Assembly (NCBI GenBank): GCA_003151795.1
Contig: PLYL01000005.1
Span: 1,011 to 65,010 of the forward strand
Length of the DNA stretch: 64,000 nt
Source of the DNA: Candidatus Yanofskybacteria bacterium
Lineage (GTDB): Bacteria; Patescibacteriota; Minisyncoccia; 2-02-FULL-40-12; GWA2-44-9
Direction of reading: 5' to 3'
The notes beneath the pieces were generated by a model. It did no database searches. It was not told the origin of the DNA and saw only the letters and a list, made by a program, of their open reading frames with translations. The position numbers and the translations under genes are program-made. Below are positions 1-8,394 of this stretch, one piece after another. Within the stretch, counting starts at the first letter, position 1. The number at the start of each line of letters is the position of its first letter.

Positions 1-2
1 AC

Positions 3-719
3 GACACGTATAAGAATCAAGGATTAGTCGTAGTTGGCGTGCATACTCCCGAATTTGATTTTGAAAAAGATACCGGTAACGTTCAGGACGCAATTAAGCG
101 CTTTGGGATTCATTATCCCGTCGCGCAGGATAATTCTTATGGCACTTGGAACGCATACGGTAACCAGTATTGGCCAGCCGAATATCTAATCGATCAAAAC
201 GGAAATATTGTCTATACCCATTTCGGCGAAGGGGAATATGACCACACCGAAAACGCGATTCGTGAATTGCTCGGCATGTCAGCAAATGTCGCGCCTAACA
301 ACGGTGTTGATTTAAGCGGTATTGAATCTCCGGAGATGTATTTTGGGACCAATCGTCTGCAATACCTTGCTCCGCAACAATCTGCTTCAGCCCAAACCAG
401 CTACACATTTCCAGCGAACTTAAATCTAAACAACTTTGCTCTGCAAGGTGACTGGAAATTCAGTCCTCAAAATATTCAACTATCAGATGGTTCGGGAAGT
501 ATCGAATTAAAATTCCACGCCAGTAAAGTTCATATTGTCGCATCTAGTTCTATTCCTGCCCAACTGACCATAACCGTAGACGGCAAAGAACAACCCTCTG
601 TTACAGTTCAAGGTTCTCAACTGTACACCCTATTTAATTCTAATTCACCAGCTGACCACGTTATTGAAATAAAAGTTAATCAATCTGGTTTCGAAGCATT
701 TACGTTCACCTTTAGTTAG
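3..719 (+). CDS. dipZ: DipZ-like thioredoxin/redoxin protein, C-terminal part (5' end lies outside the window)
   Basis: Frame open from the window start (DTYKNQGLVVVGVHTPEF). VHTPEF, YPVAQDN, NQYWPAEYLID and HFGEGEY motifs, followed by a beta-sandwich domain ending AFTFTFS. Confidence 0.75.
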   Translation, partial: DTYKNQGLVVVGVHTPEFDFEKDTGNVQDAIKRFGIHYPVAQDNSYGTWNAYGNQYWPAEYLIDQNGNIVYTHFGEGEYDHTENAIRELLGMSANVAPNNGVDLSGIESPEMYFGTNRLQYLAPQQSASAQTSYTFPANLNLNNFALQGDWKFSPQNIQLSDGSGSIELKFHASKVHIVASSSIPAQLTITVDGKEQPSVTVQGSQLYTLFNSNSPADHVIEIKVNQSGFEAFTFTFS

Positions 720-733
720 GATTATTCAAAGCG

Positions 734-763
734 GTTCCAGCACTGAACCAAACAGCCAACAAT
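734..763 (+). repeat. Copy A of a ~30-bp intergenic direct repeat
   Basis: gttccagcactgaaccaaacagccaacaat aligns with the copies at 1617 and 2135. Confidence 0.7.
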
Positions 764-769
764 GACTTT

Positions 770-800
770 ACAAAATACCACTTCGGTGGTATTTTGTTTT
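770..800 (+). terminator. Rho-independent terminator
   Basis: acaaaataccac-ttcg-gtggtattttgt hairpin followed by Ts. Confidence 0.8.
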
Positions 801-816
801 CGAAAGGGGGGGAGTT

Positions 817-1209
817 ATGTTTGATATCTTGTCTGATCTTTTCAATATTGCGAGAGAACTTGGTATCGTTGATGCCACTCTCTTTGCTCTACACCTAAAG
901 AGTTTCTCGGTCGAAGAGACCTACGCAATGTTCATGACCGGAAAGATTCCAGCTGATGGTGTTTACGCCCGGCTAAGGCTCAGGCAGGTGCAAGAGTTTA
1001 CCGAGCTTCACGAGCAGGTCAAGAACGGATTCAATGGAAGCCAGGGGGACATTCCACCGTTTGTCAGCATATTTCTGGCCCTAGAGTTCTCAAACTACCG
1101 CCGGTTTCCTTTTATGCTTCCACAGGTTGATGCGCTCATCGAACGAGACATCGAGAAGAACATTTTTCGCCGGCGGGGCAAGAAGAATATTGTTCGAAGG
1201 GATTCATAA
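817..1209 (+). CDS. Hypothetical protein (ORFan)
   Basis: 130-aa ORF with a GGGGAG Shine-Dalgarno; no recognisable motif. Confidence 0.6.
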   Translation: MFDILSDLFNIARELGIVDATLFALHLKSFSVEETYAMFMTGKIPADGVYARLRLRQVQEFTELHEQVKNGFNGSQGDIPPFVSIFLALEFSNYRRFPFMLPQVDALIERDIEKNIFRRRGKKNIVRRDS

Positions 1210-1272
1210 CCTCGCGCTACAGACAGGAAGGTCTCGTCCTGTGCGAGGTCTTCCTTTTTTGAAGGGAGAGCG

Positions 1273-1530
1273 TTGAATATGATTGCCAAGTTATCAGAAA
1301 CTGTCTTGAAAGATGGGCAAGGCAACCAAGGGGTCGTCAGGCCGGGAGATAAAGTTGTACTTTCTACCAATTTCGATGACCCTGAATTTATGAGATCTTT
1401 TCTTGGAGGAGACGGACCATACACTATCTCCTGGATAGGGAAATGGCCGTGTGGTCGCGTGATGCTCTATGTGAAACATCCTCATGGAGAGCCGGGCGCT
1501 TACGCTTCACACTTCCGATGCATTGAGTAG
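1273..1530 (+). CDS. Hypothetical protein (ORFan)
   Basis: 85-aa ORF with a GGGAG SD, followed by a terminator hairpin. Confidence 0.55.
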   Translation: MNMIAKLSETVLKDGQGNQGVVRPGDKVVLSTNFDDPEFMRSFLGGDGPYTISWIGKWPCGRVMLYVKHPHGEPGAYASHFRCIE

Positions 1531-1535
1531 CCCCT

Positions 1536-1587
1536 GCCCGCGATGGAGTTCGCCGTAAGGTTCGCTCTACGCGGGCCTTTTGTTTTT
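1536..1587 (+). terminator. GCCCGCG...CGCGGGC hairpin terminator
   Basis: Stem-loop plus T tract; closely similar to 13144-13198. Confidence 0.7.
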
Positions 1588-1616
1588 AAAGAGAAATGCT
1601 ACTATTTTGTATAGCC

Positions 1617-1647
1617 GCTCCAACATCGAAACAAACAGCCAGCCAAT
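1617..1647 (+). repeat. Copy B of the ~30-bp intergenic direct repeat
   Basis: gctccaacatcgaaacaaacagccagccaat. Confidence 0.7.
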
Positions 1648-1652
1648 AATTT

Positions 1653-2108
1653 ATGAAAAATGTTTTTGTTAAAGTTTCAGGAGATTTATTTGATGATCCT
1701 GGATTTATAAAATTCTTAAGAAAATTAAGTGAGCGTAATATTACTATTTGCGTTGGTGGAGGAGCTCAAATTAACCAAAAATTTCATGGCAGAAAAACTG
1801 CACTAAAAAGACACGGACCATTAGGAAGAGAACTTAATTCTACAAAAGAAAAGCAATTAGCAAAAAAAGTATTAGAGAGAAATAAAAGGCGGCTTCAAGG
1901 CATACTTTCTATAGAAAGAATAAAAGCCAAGGTGATTATCCCGGTTTTGAATGTTGGTCAAGTTATGTGTCATATAAACAGTGACGAGATGCTAAGGGTA
2001 GCTTACCTGGGATATGACGAGTTGTATGCTATTACCTTAAAAAATAGAGTATTGTCTAAACGACAGCAGTTTTCTAATTTGCCAAAAATAAAAATAATAG
2101 GATTATGA
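1653..2108 (+). CDS. Small amino-acid-kinase-like protein, AT-rich
   Basis: N-terminal VKVSGDL and CVGGGAQIN resemble the acetylglutamate/uridylate kinase N-lobe; only 151 aa. Confidence 0.55.
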   Translation: MKNVFVKVSGDLFDDPGFIKFLRKLSERNITICVGGGAQINQKFHGRKTALKRHGPLGRELNSTKEKQLAKKVLERNKRRLQGILSIERIKAKVIIPVLNVGQVMCHINSDEMLRVAYLGYDELYAITLKNRVLSKRQQFSNLPKIKIIGL

Positions 2109-2134
2109 TACTCGAGACCGATCATCCTAACACC

Positions 2135-2166
2135 GTTCCAACATCGAACCAAACAAGCCGGCCAAT
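2135..2166 (+). repeat. Copy C of the ~30-bp intergenic direct repeat
   Basis: gttccaacatcgaaccaaacaagccggccaat, immediately before the ATG at 2167. Confidence 0.7.
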
Positions 2167-2742
2167 ATGAAAAAAATAAAACTTGTAGAAATAACCGGAA
2201 AAAAATTTGTTCTTGAGCCCCGGTATTACTTTTTCGGATGGTCAAAGTCATCGAAGATACTGGGCCGCCAATCGGCAATTGTCGCCTTATCTAAAGCAGA
2301 GAAGTTGTTACCGGCCGGATATAAATTTAAAATTTGGGATTGTTTTCGGCCCCGAGAGGTGCAGATTGCCATGGTTGATAGTTTTAAGAAAAGATTGCGC
2401 GTCATGCACCCGGCCGCGCCACCCAAGCAACTTAAGCAGTTGGTTGAAAGATACGCGGGCAAGGTGCCGCCGCCGCTTAAAATTGAACGGCTGGACACTC
2501 ACCGCAACGGCGGTTCTTTTGATTTGACCGTGGCCGATGACGAGGGCCGGGAACTTTATATGGGGACTGATCATGATGACTTGACTCCCAAAGCCGCCAC
2601 TGATTATTTTGAAAAAATTAAAGGCTTGACCGGATTAGAGCGTGAAGCCAAAAAGAACCGGCGCCTATTGGCCAAAACTTTAACCCAAGCCGGTTTTATA
2701 AACTATAAAGAAGAATGGTGGCACTGGAGCTGGGCCAAATAA
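2167..2742 (+). CDS. D-alanyl-D-alanine dipeptidase (peptidase M15D, VanX/DdpX family)
   Basis: WDCFRP, HRNGGSFDLT (HxxGxxxD), YMGTDHD and EWWHW zinc-ligand motifs. Confidence 0.88.
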   Translation: MKKIKLVEITGKKFVLEPRYYFFGWSKSSKILGRQSAIVALSKAEKLLPAGYKFKIWDCFRPREVQIAMVDSFKKRLRVMHPAAPPKQLKQLVERYAGKVPPPLKIERLDTHRNGGSFDLTVADDEGRELYMGTDHDDLTPKAATDYFEKIKGLTGLEREAKKNRRLLAKTLTQAGFINYKEEWWHWSWAK

Positions 2743-2823
2743 TTCCGGATTGTTTCATCTCTTGCACAAGTTGTCCGAGAAGGGTAGTATGAGAGATAAG
2801 AGCAATGTTTAAAACATACGCCT

Positions 2824-3168
2824 ATGGAAATCAAGAAAAAAGACATCAAGAAAATAAAGCACGCGACCAAGGAACAGTTGGGCAAGTTGCATGAGGAGTA
2901 CAAAGCAACGACGCAGAATGTGAGCGGGATGAGCCCGGTAGGGCTTCTAGCGATCGCAGTTGTCGGCATCGTATTGATGTTCTTATTCCCGAACAGGTTC
3001 TTCCTGCTTGTCGGACTTATCCTGATCTTGTATCCGATCTACGTCTTCGTTCGGCGCGGGGCCCATCGCGAGGGTTATTTTGAAGGTTATTATGAGATGA
3101 TGACCAAGCTTAGCCAGCGGGAAGATGGGCATTCGGACTCCCAAAAGTCCGACTCCGACAAGGAATAG
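2824..3168 (+). CDS. Hypothetical membrane protein (2 TM)
   Basis: 114-aa ORF with a central hydrophobic hairpin. Confidence 0.65.
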   Translation: MEIKKKDIKKIKHATKEQLGKLHEEYKATTQNVSGMSPVGLLAIAVVGIVLMFLFPNRFFLLVGLILILYPIYVFVRRGAHREGYFEGYYEMMTKLSQREDGHSDSQKSDSDKE

Positions 3169-3216
3169 CCACTTTTCGCGCTTGTACCGGCTTTTAGTCG
3201 GGATTATAATACAAAC

Positions 3217-3606
3217 ATGAAACCAGACTATTTCGTGTCCCTGAAGCATTACTACGGGGATATCGTCCGGAAACTCTTTTTTGCCGCCGCGATTTTAATG
3301 CTCGCCAGCCTGCCGTTTTTCAGCGACCGTCTGCCGGTTTCAACGATTGACTCTCTGGTAATCATCGTGGCGATTGGATTTTTCGCCGGTTTAACCAATC
3401 CGGTCGAACCGTTTCCAGCGATTATCAATACTCTCACTTCCGGCGTGGCGGTGGTAATTTTTGAATATTACGCGGTTCTGACCTATCAATTAAATTCAGC
3501 CAGTGACCCCTTGTTTTTGGCCGATCAAGCGCTCGCTATTATTTTCCTGTTCGCGCTGTATTATGGAACCAAGACTTTGCGGGCGATGATGATTGATAAA
3601 AATTAA
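3217..3606 (+). CDS. Hypothetical membrane protein (4 TM)
   Basis: Four hydrophobic segments; TATAAT 6 nt upstream of the ATG. Confidence 0.7.
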   Translation: MKPDYFVSLKHYYGDIVRKLFFAAAILMLASLPFFSDRLPVSTIDSLVIIVAIGFFAGLTNPVEPFPAIINTLTSGVAVVIFEYYAVLTYQLNSASDPLFLADQALAIIFLFALYYGTKTLRAMMIDKN

Positions 3607-3607
3607 T

Positions 3608-3742
3608 CCCGCACATAACAGCCATATGCAGTAGATAGTGCGGAATTAGTTAAATTAACAAGACAGACCATACGACAAGCTCATTGCGTGGACTTAAGTA
3701 AAAAGTACTGCCCGAGAGCACTAGATGGCTGTTATGTGCGGG
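3608..3742. mobile_element. MITE-like element, CCCGCACATAAC family
   Basis: Perfect inverted repeat atcccgcacataacagccat (3606-3625) / atggctgttatgtgcgggat (3725-3744); flanks ATTAAT / ATGAAT. Confidence 0.7.
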
Positions 3743-4177
3743 ATGAATAAATTCCAAAGAATTTCGTTGCTTCTTCTGCGGGTCAGTCTCGGGTGGATGT
3801 ATTTTTGGGCGGGGATTACCAAAGTGGTTGACCCGGCCTGGTCGGCGGCCGGGTATTTGCAAGGGGCTAAAACCTTTCCGGCTCTTTTCCACTGGTTTGC
3901 TTCGCCCGCCTTACTGCCCCTCACTAATTTCGTAAATGAGTGGGGTTTGACCCTGTTGGGAGTTTCGCTAATTCTTGGTTTAGGCGTTCGCTGGACGGCC
4001 CCATTCGGGATTGCGCTCATGGTCTTATATTATCTCCCGATTCTTCAATTCCCATACCCGAATGTCAATTCATTTATCGTTGACGAGCATTTCATTTATG
4101 TCTGCGGACTTATCGTCCTCCTGGCGTTCAACGCGGGTAAATTTTGGGGGATGGATAGACGCGTCAGTCGCGCTTAA
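3743..4177 (+). CDS. DoxX/DoxD family membrane protein
   Basis: LLRVSLGWMYFWAGITKV, WSAAGYL and EWGLTLLGVSLILGLGVR; start moved to the ATG at 3743. Confidence 0.85.
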   Translation: MNKFQRISLLLLRVSLGWMYFWAGITKVVDPAWSAAGYLQGAKTFPALFHWFASPALLPLTNFVNEWGLTLLGVSLILGLGVRWTAPFGIALMVLYYLPILQFPYPNVNSFIVDEHFIYVCGLIVLLAFNAGKFWGMDRRVSRA

Positions 4178-4186
4178 ATAATAATT

Positions 4187-4585
4187 ATGAAAGGATACGT
4201 CGTCAATATCGAGGAAGCGTCAATCGAGAATGAAAATTTCCGGAAAGTTTTGTATACCGCCCAGAACAGCCAGCTCGTGGTGATGAGCCTTAAGCCTAAC
4301 GAAGACATCGGCGCGGAAATCCACCACCTTGATCAATTTATTCGGGTTGAAGCGGGCCAGGGCCACGCTGTGCTCGATGGCGTCGAACACGAGATTAAAG
4401 ACGGCTTCGCGGTGGTGGTACCGGCCGGGACCAAGCACAACATCATCAATACTTCTTCGGGCGCGCCCCTCAAACTCTATACCGTTTATTCTCCGCCCAA
4501 TCACCGCGACGGCGTCATACACAAGACCAAAGCCGAGGCCGAGGCCGATGAAGCCGAGCATTTCGAAGGCGTAACCAGCGAATAA
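4187..4585 (+). CDS. Cupin domain protein
   Basis: QLVVMSLKPNEDIGAEIH, DQFIRVEAGQG, VPAGTKHNIIN and LKLYTVYSPPNH. Confidence 0.9.
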   Translation: MKGYVVNIEEASIENENFRKVLYTAQNSQLVVMSLKPNEDIGAEIHHLDQFIRVEAGQGHAVLDGVEHEIKDGFAVVVPAGTKHNIINTSSGAPLKLYTVYSPPNHRDGVIHKTKAEAEADEAEHFEGVTSE

Positions 4586-4589
4586 TAAA

Positions 4590-4889
4590 ATGACGCTTAA
4601 AGTCTTTTCATTGCCACTTCTGGCGGCCGCTTTCCTGTCTATTTTTGGATTTGGAAGACCGGCAACCCCCAAACCGGCCGTGACCAAGACCCCCGCCGCG
4701 ACCGTGCGCTATTCATCAATGCCCAAAAAAGTACCCAAGCTGATACCCCGTCCGACCCCCGCGCCGGCTCCAAAACCAAAACTAAAACCAAAACCAAGCC
4801 CTCAAGTAAAAATCACCCCCAAACCGACGGCTTCGCCTCCGCCCGGTTGGTCTCCGTTACCATTAGGTGTGCCGTCTTATCTCCCGTAA
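4590..4889 (+). CDS. Pro/Lys-rich small exported protein
   Basis: Hydrophobic N-terminus followed by a PK/PT low-complexity tail. Confidence 0.5.
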   Translation: MTLKVFSLPLLAAAFLSIFGFGRPATPKPAVTKTPAATVRYSSMPKKVPKLIPRPTPAPAPKPKLKPKPSPQVKITPKPTASPPPGWSPLPLGVPSYLP

Positions 4890-4953
4890 CGGCTTGCATC
4901 CTGCTCGCGTAAGAGTATAGTAGAGGTGAAAAGTTATTAACTTAAATAAATAT

Positions 4954-5241
4954 ATGATGAATAATTATGGCTATCAGGGGTACGGGCATGCCGGCCATAT
5001 GCTCGGCTGGGGCATTGGCGGGCTGTTTGTAATGGTTTTGTTTTGGATTGCAATCGTCTGGCTGATTGTCGCGGTACTGCGCCGGGTGGTGTGGGGTTCA
5101 TCTCATCGCCATGATAGATGGAAGCAGTGGCAGGACATGAAGGGCGCTTCTTCAGGAATTAATATCTTGAACGAGCGTTACGCCAAAGGCGAAATCAATA
5201 AAGAAGAGTACGAACAGAAGAAAAAAGATATTCTTGGTTAA
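4954..5241 (+). CDS. SHOCT-domain membrane protein
   Basis: TM helix followed by ILNERYAKGEINKEEYEQKKK. Confidence 0.85.
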   Translation: MMNNYGYQGYGHAGHMLGWGIGGLFVMVLFWIAIVWLIVAVLRRVVWGSSHRHDRWKQWQDMKGASSGINILNERYAKGEINKEEYEQKKKDILG

Positions 5242-5401
5242 ATTTATATGGGTCGGCTTAATTATCGGCGGACTGGTCGGGCAAATTGTCCCCATGCTGT
5301 GGGGCGGCAATCCGCTTTCAATAACTTCCGGCGTCTTCTCATTCATCGGTGGCGCTTTCGGCCTCTGGCTCGGTTTTAAAATCGACCAATCAATCGGCTA
5401 G
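5234..5401 (+). CDS. Small 2-TM membrane protein (55 aa, not in the ORF track)
   Basis: TTG start overlapping the previous stop: MVKFIWVGLIIGGLVGQIVPMLWGGNPLSITSGVFSFIGGAFGLWLGFKIDQSIG. Confidence 0.65.
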   Translation: MVKFIWVGLIIGGLVGQIVPMLWGGNPLSITSGVFSFIGGAFGLWLGFKIDQSIG

Positions 5402-6417
5402 TCTTCTTGTTTTTCTTTTAGTTCTTTGAGGGTGGCTTGGAATTCAGCTTTGGCTTTTTGGGATAAAGTCGCGATATTACTTTTTATGTGGTTGCGCCAT
5501 TTTGTCGTCGCGGCTTTGGCTTCAGTGATGCTAAAATCGGAGATTAAAATTTGTTTGCCGGCGACGTAGGTCACGAATCCGCCGACAAGCAGTATTATAA
5601 TGGCAAAACTTATGGCCACGCTCGCGATAATAATCTCACGTTTTTTTACGTCCGGCTTGCCTGCAAGCTTAGTGATGTCTTTCGCGCGATGATCAATCAC
5701 GGGTCTGTCTTTTAGTTTTTTAAAATATATCGTTCCCAAATAGTTTCTGCCATACTTAACAGCCATAGTAAACATGCCTTCAGCAGCCAAGCGCCGGCCG
5801 GAAGCGAACATAGGGAGTTTGCGGGTGAATTTTACATCCCCAATGGCATGGAGCCGGCGGGCAATATCCGCGTCCTCGCCCCAAAATTCTATCGCGGTGT
5901 CATAGCCGCCGATTTTTTCAAGGCCCGCTCGGGTAATAATAAAATTTCCACCTTGGAGCATCGAGCCTTTTCTCAAAATAAAACGATTAATGAAATAGAC
6001 GACGTAGCCTATACTATAGAAAGCGTTGACAAAGTGGCCAGTTTTTTTAGGAAGGTCGTAGTATTTAAAAGGCCCGCTTAAGCCGACTAGGTTGGGATTT
6101 TGGGAAAATTCCGCGAAGACTGTGTCGAGCCAGCCCGGGGTGAGAATGGTGTCCGAATCAACGTTGGCGATTAATTCGCCCGAAGAGGCGAGATAACCCG
6201 CCCGGCGCGCCCAGACCAGGCCTTTGTGCGGTTCGTCGACGACTTTGACATTGGGATATGACCGTGCAATTTCCCCGGTTCGGTCGGTGCTGGCATTATT
6301 GACGACGATAATCTCTACCCGGTCCAGGTATTTCTGGGCTTGCGCGCACACTGAATCGAGGCACTTCTGGATGTGTCCTTCTTCATTATAGGCCGGGATT
6401 ACGAAGCTTAGTTTCAT
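5398..6417 (-). CDS. Glycosyltransferase family 2 with C-terminal TM anchor
   Basis: SFVIPAYNEE, VNNASTD, VDSD (DxD) and GEDAD. Confidence 0.9.
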   Translation of the reverse strand: MKLSFVIPAYNEEGHIQKCLDSVCAQAQKYLDRVEIIVVNNASTDRTGEIARSYPNVKVVDEPHKGLVWARRAGYLASSGELIANVDSDTILTPGWLDTVFAEFSQNPNLVGLSGPFKYYDLPKKTGHFVNAFYSIGYVVYFINRFILRKGSMLQGGNFIITRAGLEKIGGYDTAIEFWGEDADIARRLHAIGDVKFTRKLPMFASGRRLAAEGMFTMAVKYGRNYLGTIYFKKLKDRPVIDHRAKDITKLAGKPDVKKREIIIASVAISFAIIILLVGGFVTYVAGKQILISDFSITEAKAATTKWRNHIKSNIATLSQKAKAEFQATLKELKEKQED

Positions 6418-6456
6418 ATGCTAATTATATACCATCCTTGGGAATAAGCCTAGCTG

Positions 6457-7644
6457 TCAAGAGGATATGTTTGCGACCTTCATGAATAGGGTTATCCACT
6501 CCTTGACGATGTTCGGGATTGAAAATTGCTCGACATAAGTTCGGGCGTTATGGCCCAATAATTCCTTTACGGAAGGATTATTAAATAAATAGACCAGTTT
6601 TTTGGCGATAGCCTCATAATCGCCGGGTTCGACGACAAATCCATTCTGGTCGTTGATATATTCTGGCAATGCCCCGGCCCGCACCCCGATGGCCGGCAGG
6701 CCGGAAGCCATCGCATTCATCATCGATAAACTCTGGGTTTCGGCGGTACTGGCGATGGTGAAAATATCGGAAGCCTGATAGGCCTGAATCAGCGTCGCGG
6801 GACTAACTAGTCCTAGGAATTTTATCGATTTCCCTAAACCAAGCTCTTCAGATAATTTTTTTAGCGCTTCTTCGACGGGTCCGAAACCGGTGATTATCAT
6901 GGACGCGTCGGGGACGCTTTTTTTGGCGGCCGCGAACGCGCGGATTAAAACATCGACGTGTTTTTCCGCGGCCAACCGGCCGGTGAAAATTACGGTTTTA
7001 TCAGTCACGCCGAATTGTTTTTTGAGGGATATCTTTTCGTCTGGCGCGGGCGGGTGGAAAGACACGATGTCCACGGGGTTGGAGAGAGCCCGGTGGGGCT
7101 TTTTGAACCCATGCTTAATCATACCTTTAAAAATAAAATTAGACGGCGCGGTTACAAACCGGCACCGGTTATAATACCAGGAGATATAGTCGAGGATTAT
7201 TTTAGCGAACCACTTGGATCGAGTCGGGCCATAGTGCATAAATTCGGTCATGTCCGTGTGATTGGTCCCGACCACCGGAACGTTCAGCTTTTTGCCGGCG
7301 ATAAGCGCTTCCAAACCAGTGCCAAAACATAACTGGGTATGAATAATATCCGGTTTCCATTTTTTCAGCGACCGATAGGCGGCGCCGGTAGTGATGACTG
7401 TCCGGCCTTGGCCAGTAGAGGCCCCAAATGATAAGGCCGAAAGGCGGCGAATGCTTATGTGGGGTCCCAATTGCAGCTCTTTTGGCTCAAGTCCGACTTT
7501 GCGGTAATCTTTTACTGAATAATGCGGTACATAAAATCGAATCTCATGGCCGTATTGGGCCAAGCCCTTGGCAAGCGTAATAATGGAGTCGGAAATACCC
7601 GTCAGTTCTGGATAAAAAACATCTGAAAAAATCGCAATTCTCAT
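6457..7644 (-). CDS. Glycosyltransferase family 4 (diacylglycerol glucosyltransferase-like)
   Basis: IAIFSDVFYPELTGISDS, GRLAAEKHVD and ETQSLSMMNAMASGLP. Confidence 0.88.
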   Translation of the reverse strand: MRIAIFSDVFYPELTGISDSIITLAKGLAQYGHEIRFYVPHYSVKDYRKVGLEPKELQLGPHISIRRLSALSFGASTGQGRTVITTGAAYRSLKKWKPDIIHTQLCFGTGLEALIAGKKLNVPVVGTNHTDMTEFMHYGPTRSKWFAKIILDYISWYYNRCRFVTAPSNFIFKGMIKHGFKKPHRALSNPVDIVSFHPPAPDEKISLKKQFGVTDKTVIFTGRLAAEKHVDVLIRAFAAAKKSVPDASMIITGFGPVEEALKKLSEELGLGKSIKFLGLVSPATLIQAYQASDIFTIASTAETQSLSMMNAMASGLPAIGVRAGALPEYINDQNGFVVEPGDYEAIAKKLVYLFNNPSVKELLGHNARTYVEQFSIPNIVKEWITLFMKVANISS

Positions 7645-8261
7645 TATAGTTTTTCTAGTGAACGGCCAATGCGAGCGCTGAATTTAACCCAGAGGTAATT
7701 GATAAGGATAATAAGGCCAAGCGCCGCAAGAATCAAGTAGGTACCATTAGCCGCATAACCTGACAATTTGTCGTATGATCTGCCAAAATAGTAACCGATA
7801 ATCATAAAGACCAGCGATTTCGGTATGGTAATAAATAGAGAGATGAGTGTGAACTTTTTGATGTCCATCTTGGTCGCCCCGACAATCATCAAGCCGGGAG
7901 TAGGCAGGATAGGTGTGAGCTTCAAGGCGATAAGGGTTTTCACGGCGTGATCGCGCATGAGGCGTTCCATGCGCTTGATGCGTTCGGTGGTCAGGCCGAA
8001 ATGGCGGCCGAACCGTTCCACGAGGGTTATCCTGCCCCAGTAGCCGATGGCGTAGTAAATCACGTCGGCCACTAAATCTCCGGCCAGAGAAAGGCCAAAA
8101 ATGGCGAAGATGTTGAAATAACCCAGCGCGGCCGCGAAGGCCGCCGCCGCTGTTACAACCGGCCCCTCAATCAGCATGGCCACAAAAATGACCCAATAGC
8201 CGTGGACGAGAACCCACTGCGTCACCGCCGAAAAAGTTGCCGAATGTAGAAAAATATCCAT
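7644..8261 (-). CDS. DedA family membrane protein
   Basis: GYWVIFVAMLIEGP, GDLVADVIYYAIG and a multi-TM layout. Confidence 0.85.
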   Translation of the reverse strand: MDIFLHSATFSAVTQWVLVHGYWVIFVAMLIEGPVVTAAAAFAAALGYFNIFAIFGLSLAGDLVADVIYYAIGYWGRITLVERFGRHFGLTTERIKRMERLMRDHAVKTLIALKLTPILPTPGLMIVGATKMDIKKFTLISLFITIPKSLVFMIIGYYFGRSYDKLSGYAANGTYLILAALGLIILINYLWVKFSARIGRSLEKL

Positions 8262-8394
8262 CGGGTATATAACCCTTTGATTATCCCATATCCCACAACT
8301 CCAGGCCAGCCGTTGAACCCTCTGTATCTTTTTAATCAGTATGTAATAATAGGGCTACTGGGTGCGTAGATTCAGGGTATTTGGCAGTCTTTGT

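Noticed and set aside
3606-3744. Integron attC sites (CATAAC...GTTATG cores between stop and start codons)
   Set aside because: The arms are fully paired, with no unpaired central spacer or extrahelical bases. Pairing extends outside the core, the copies are dispersed in ordinary operons and no intI is present.
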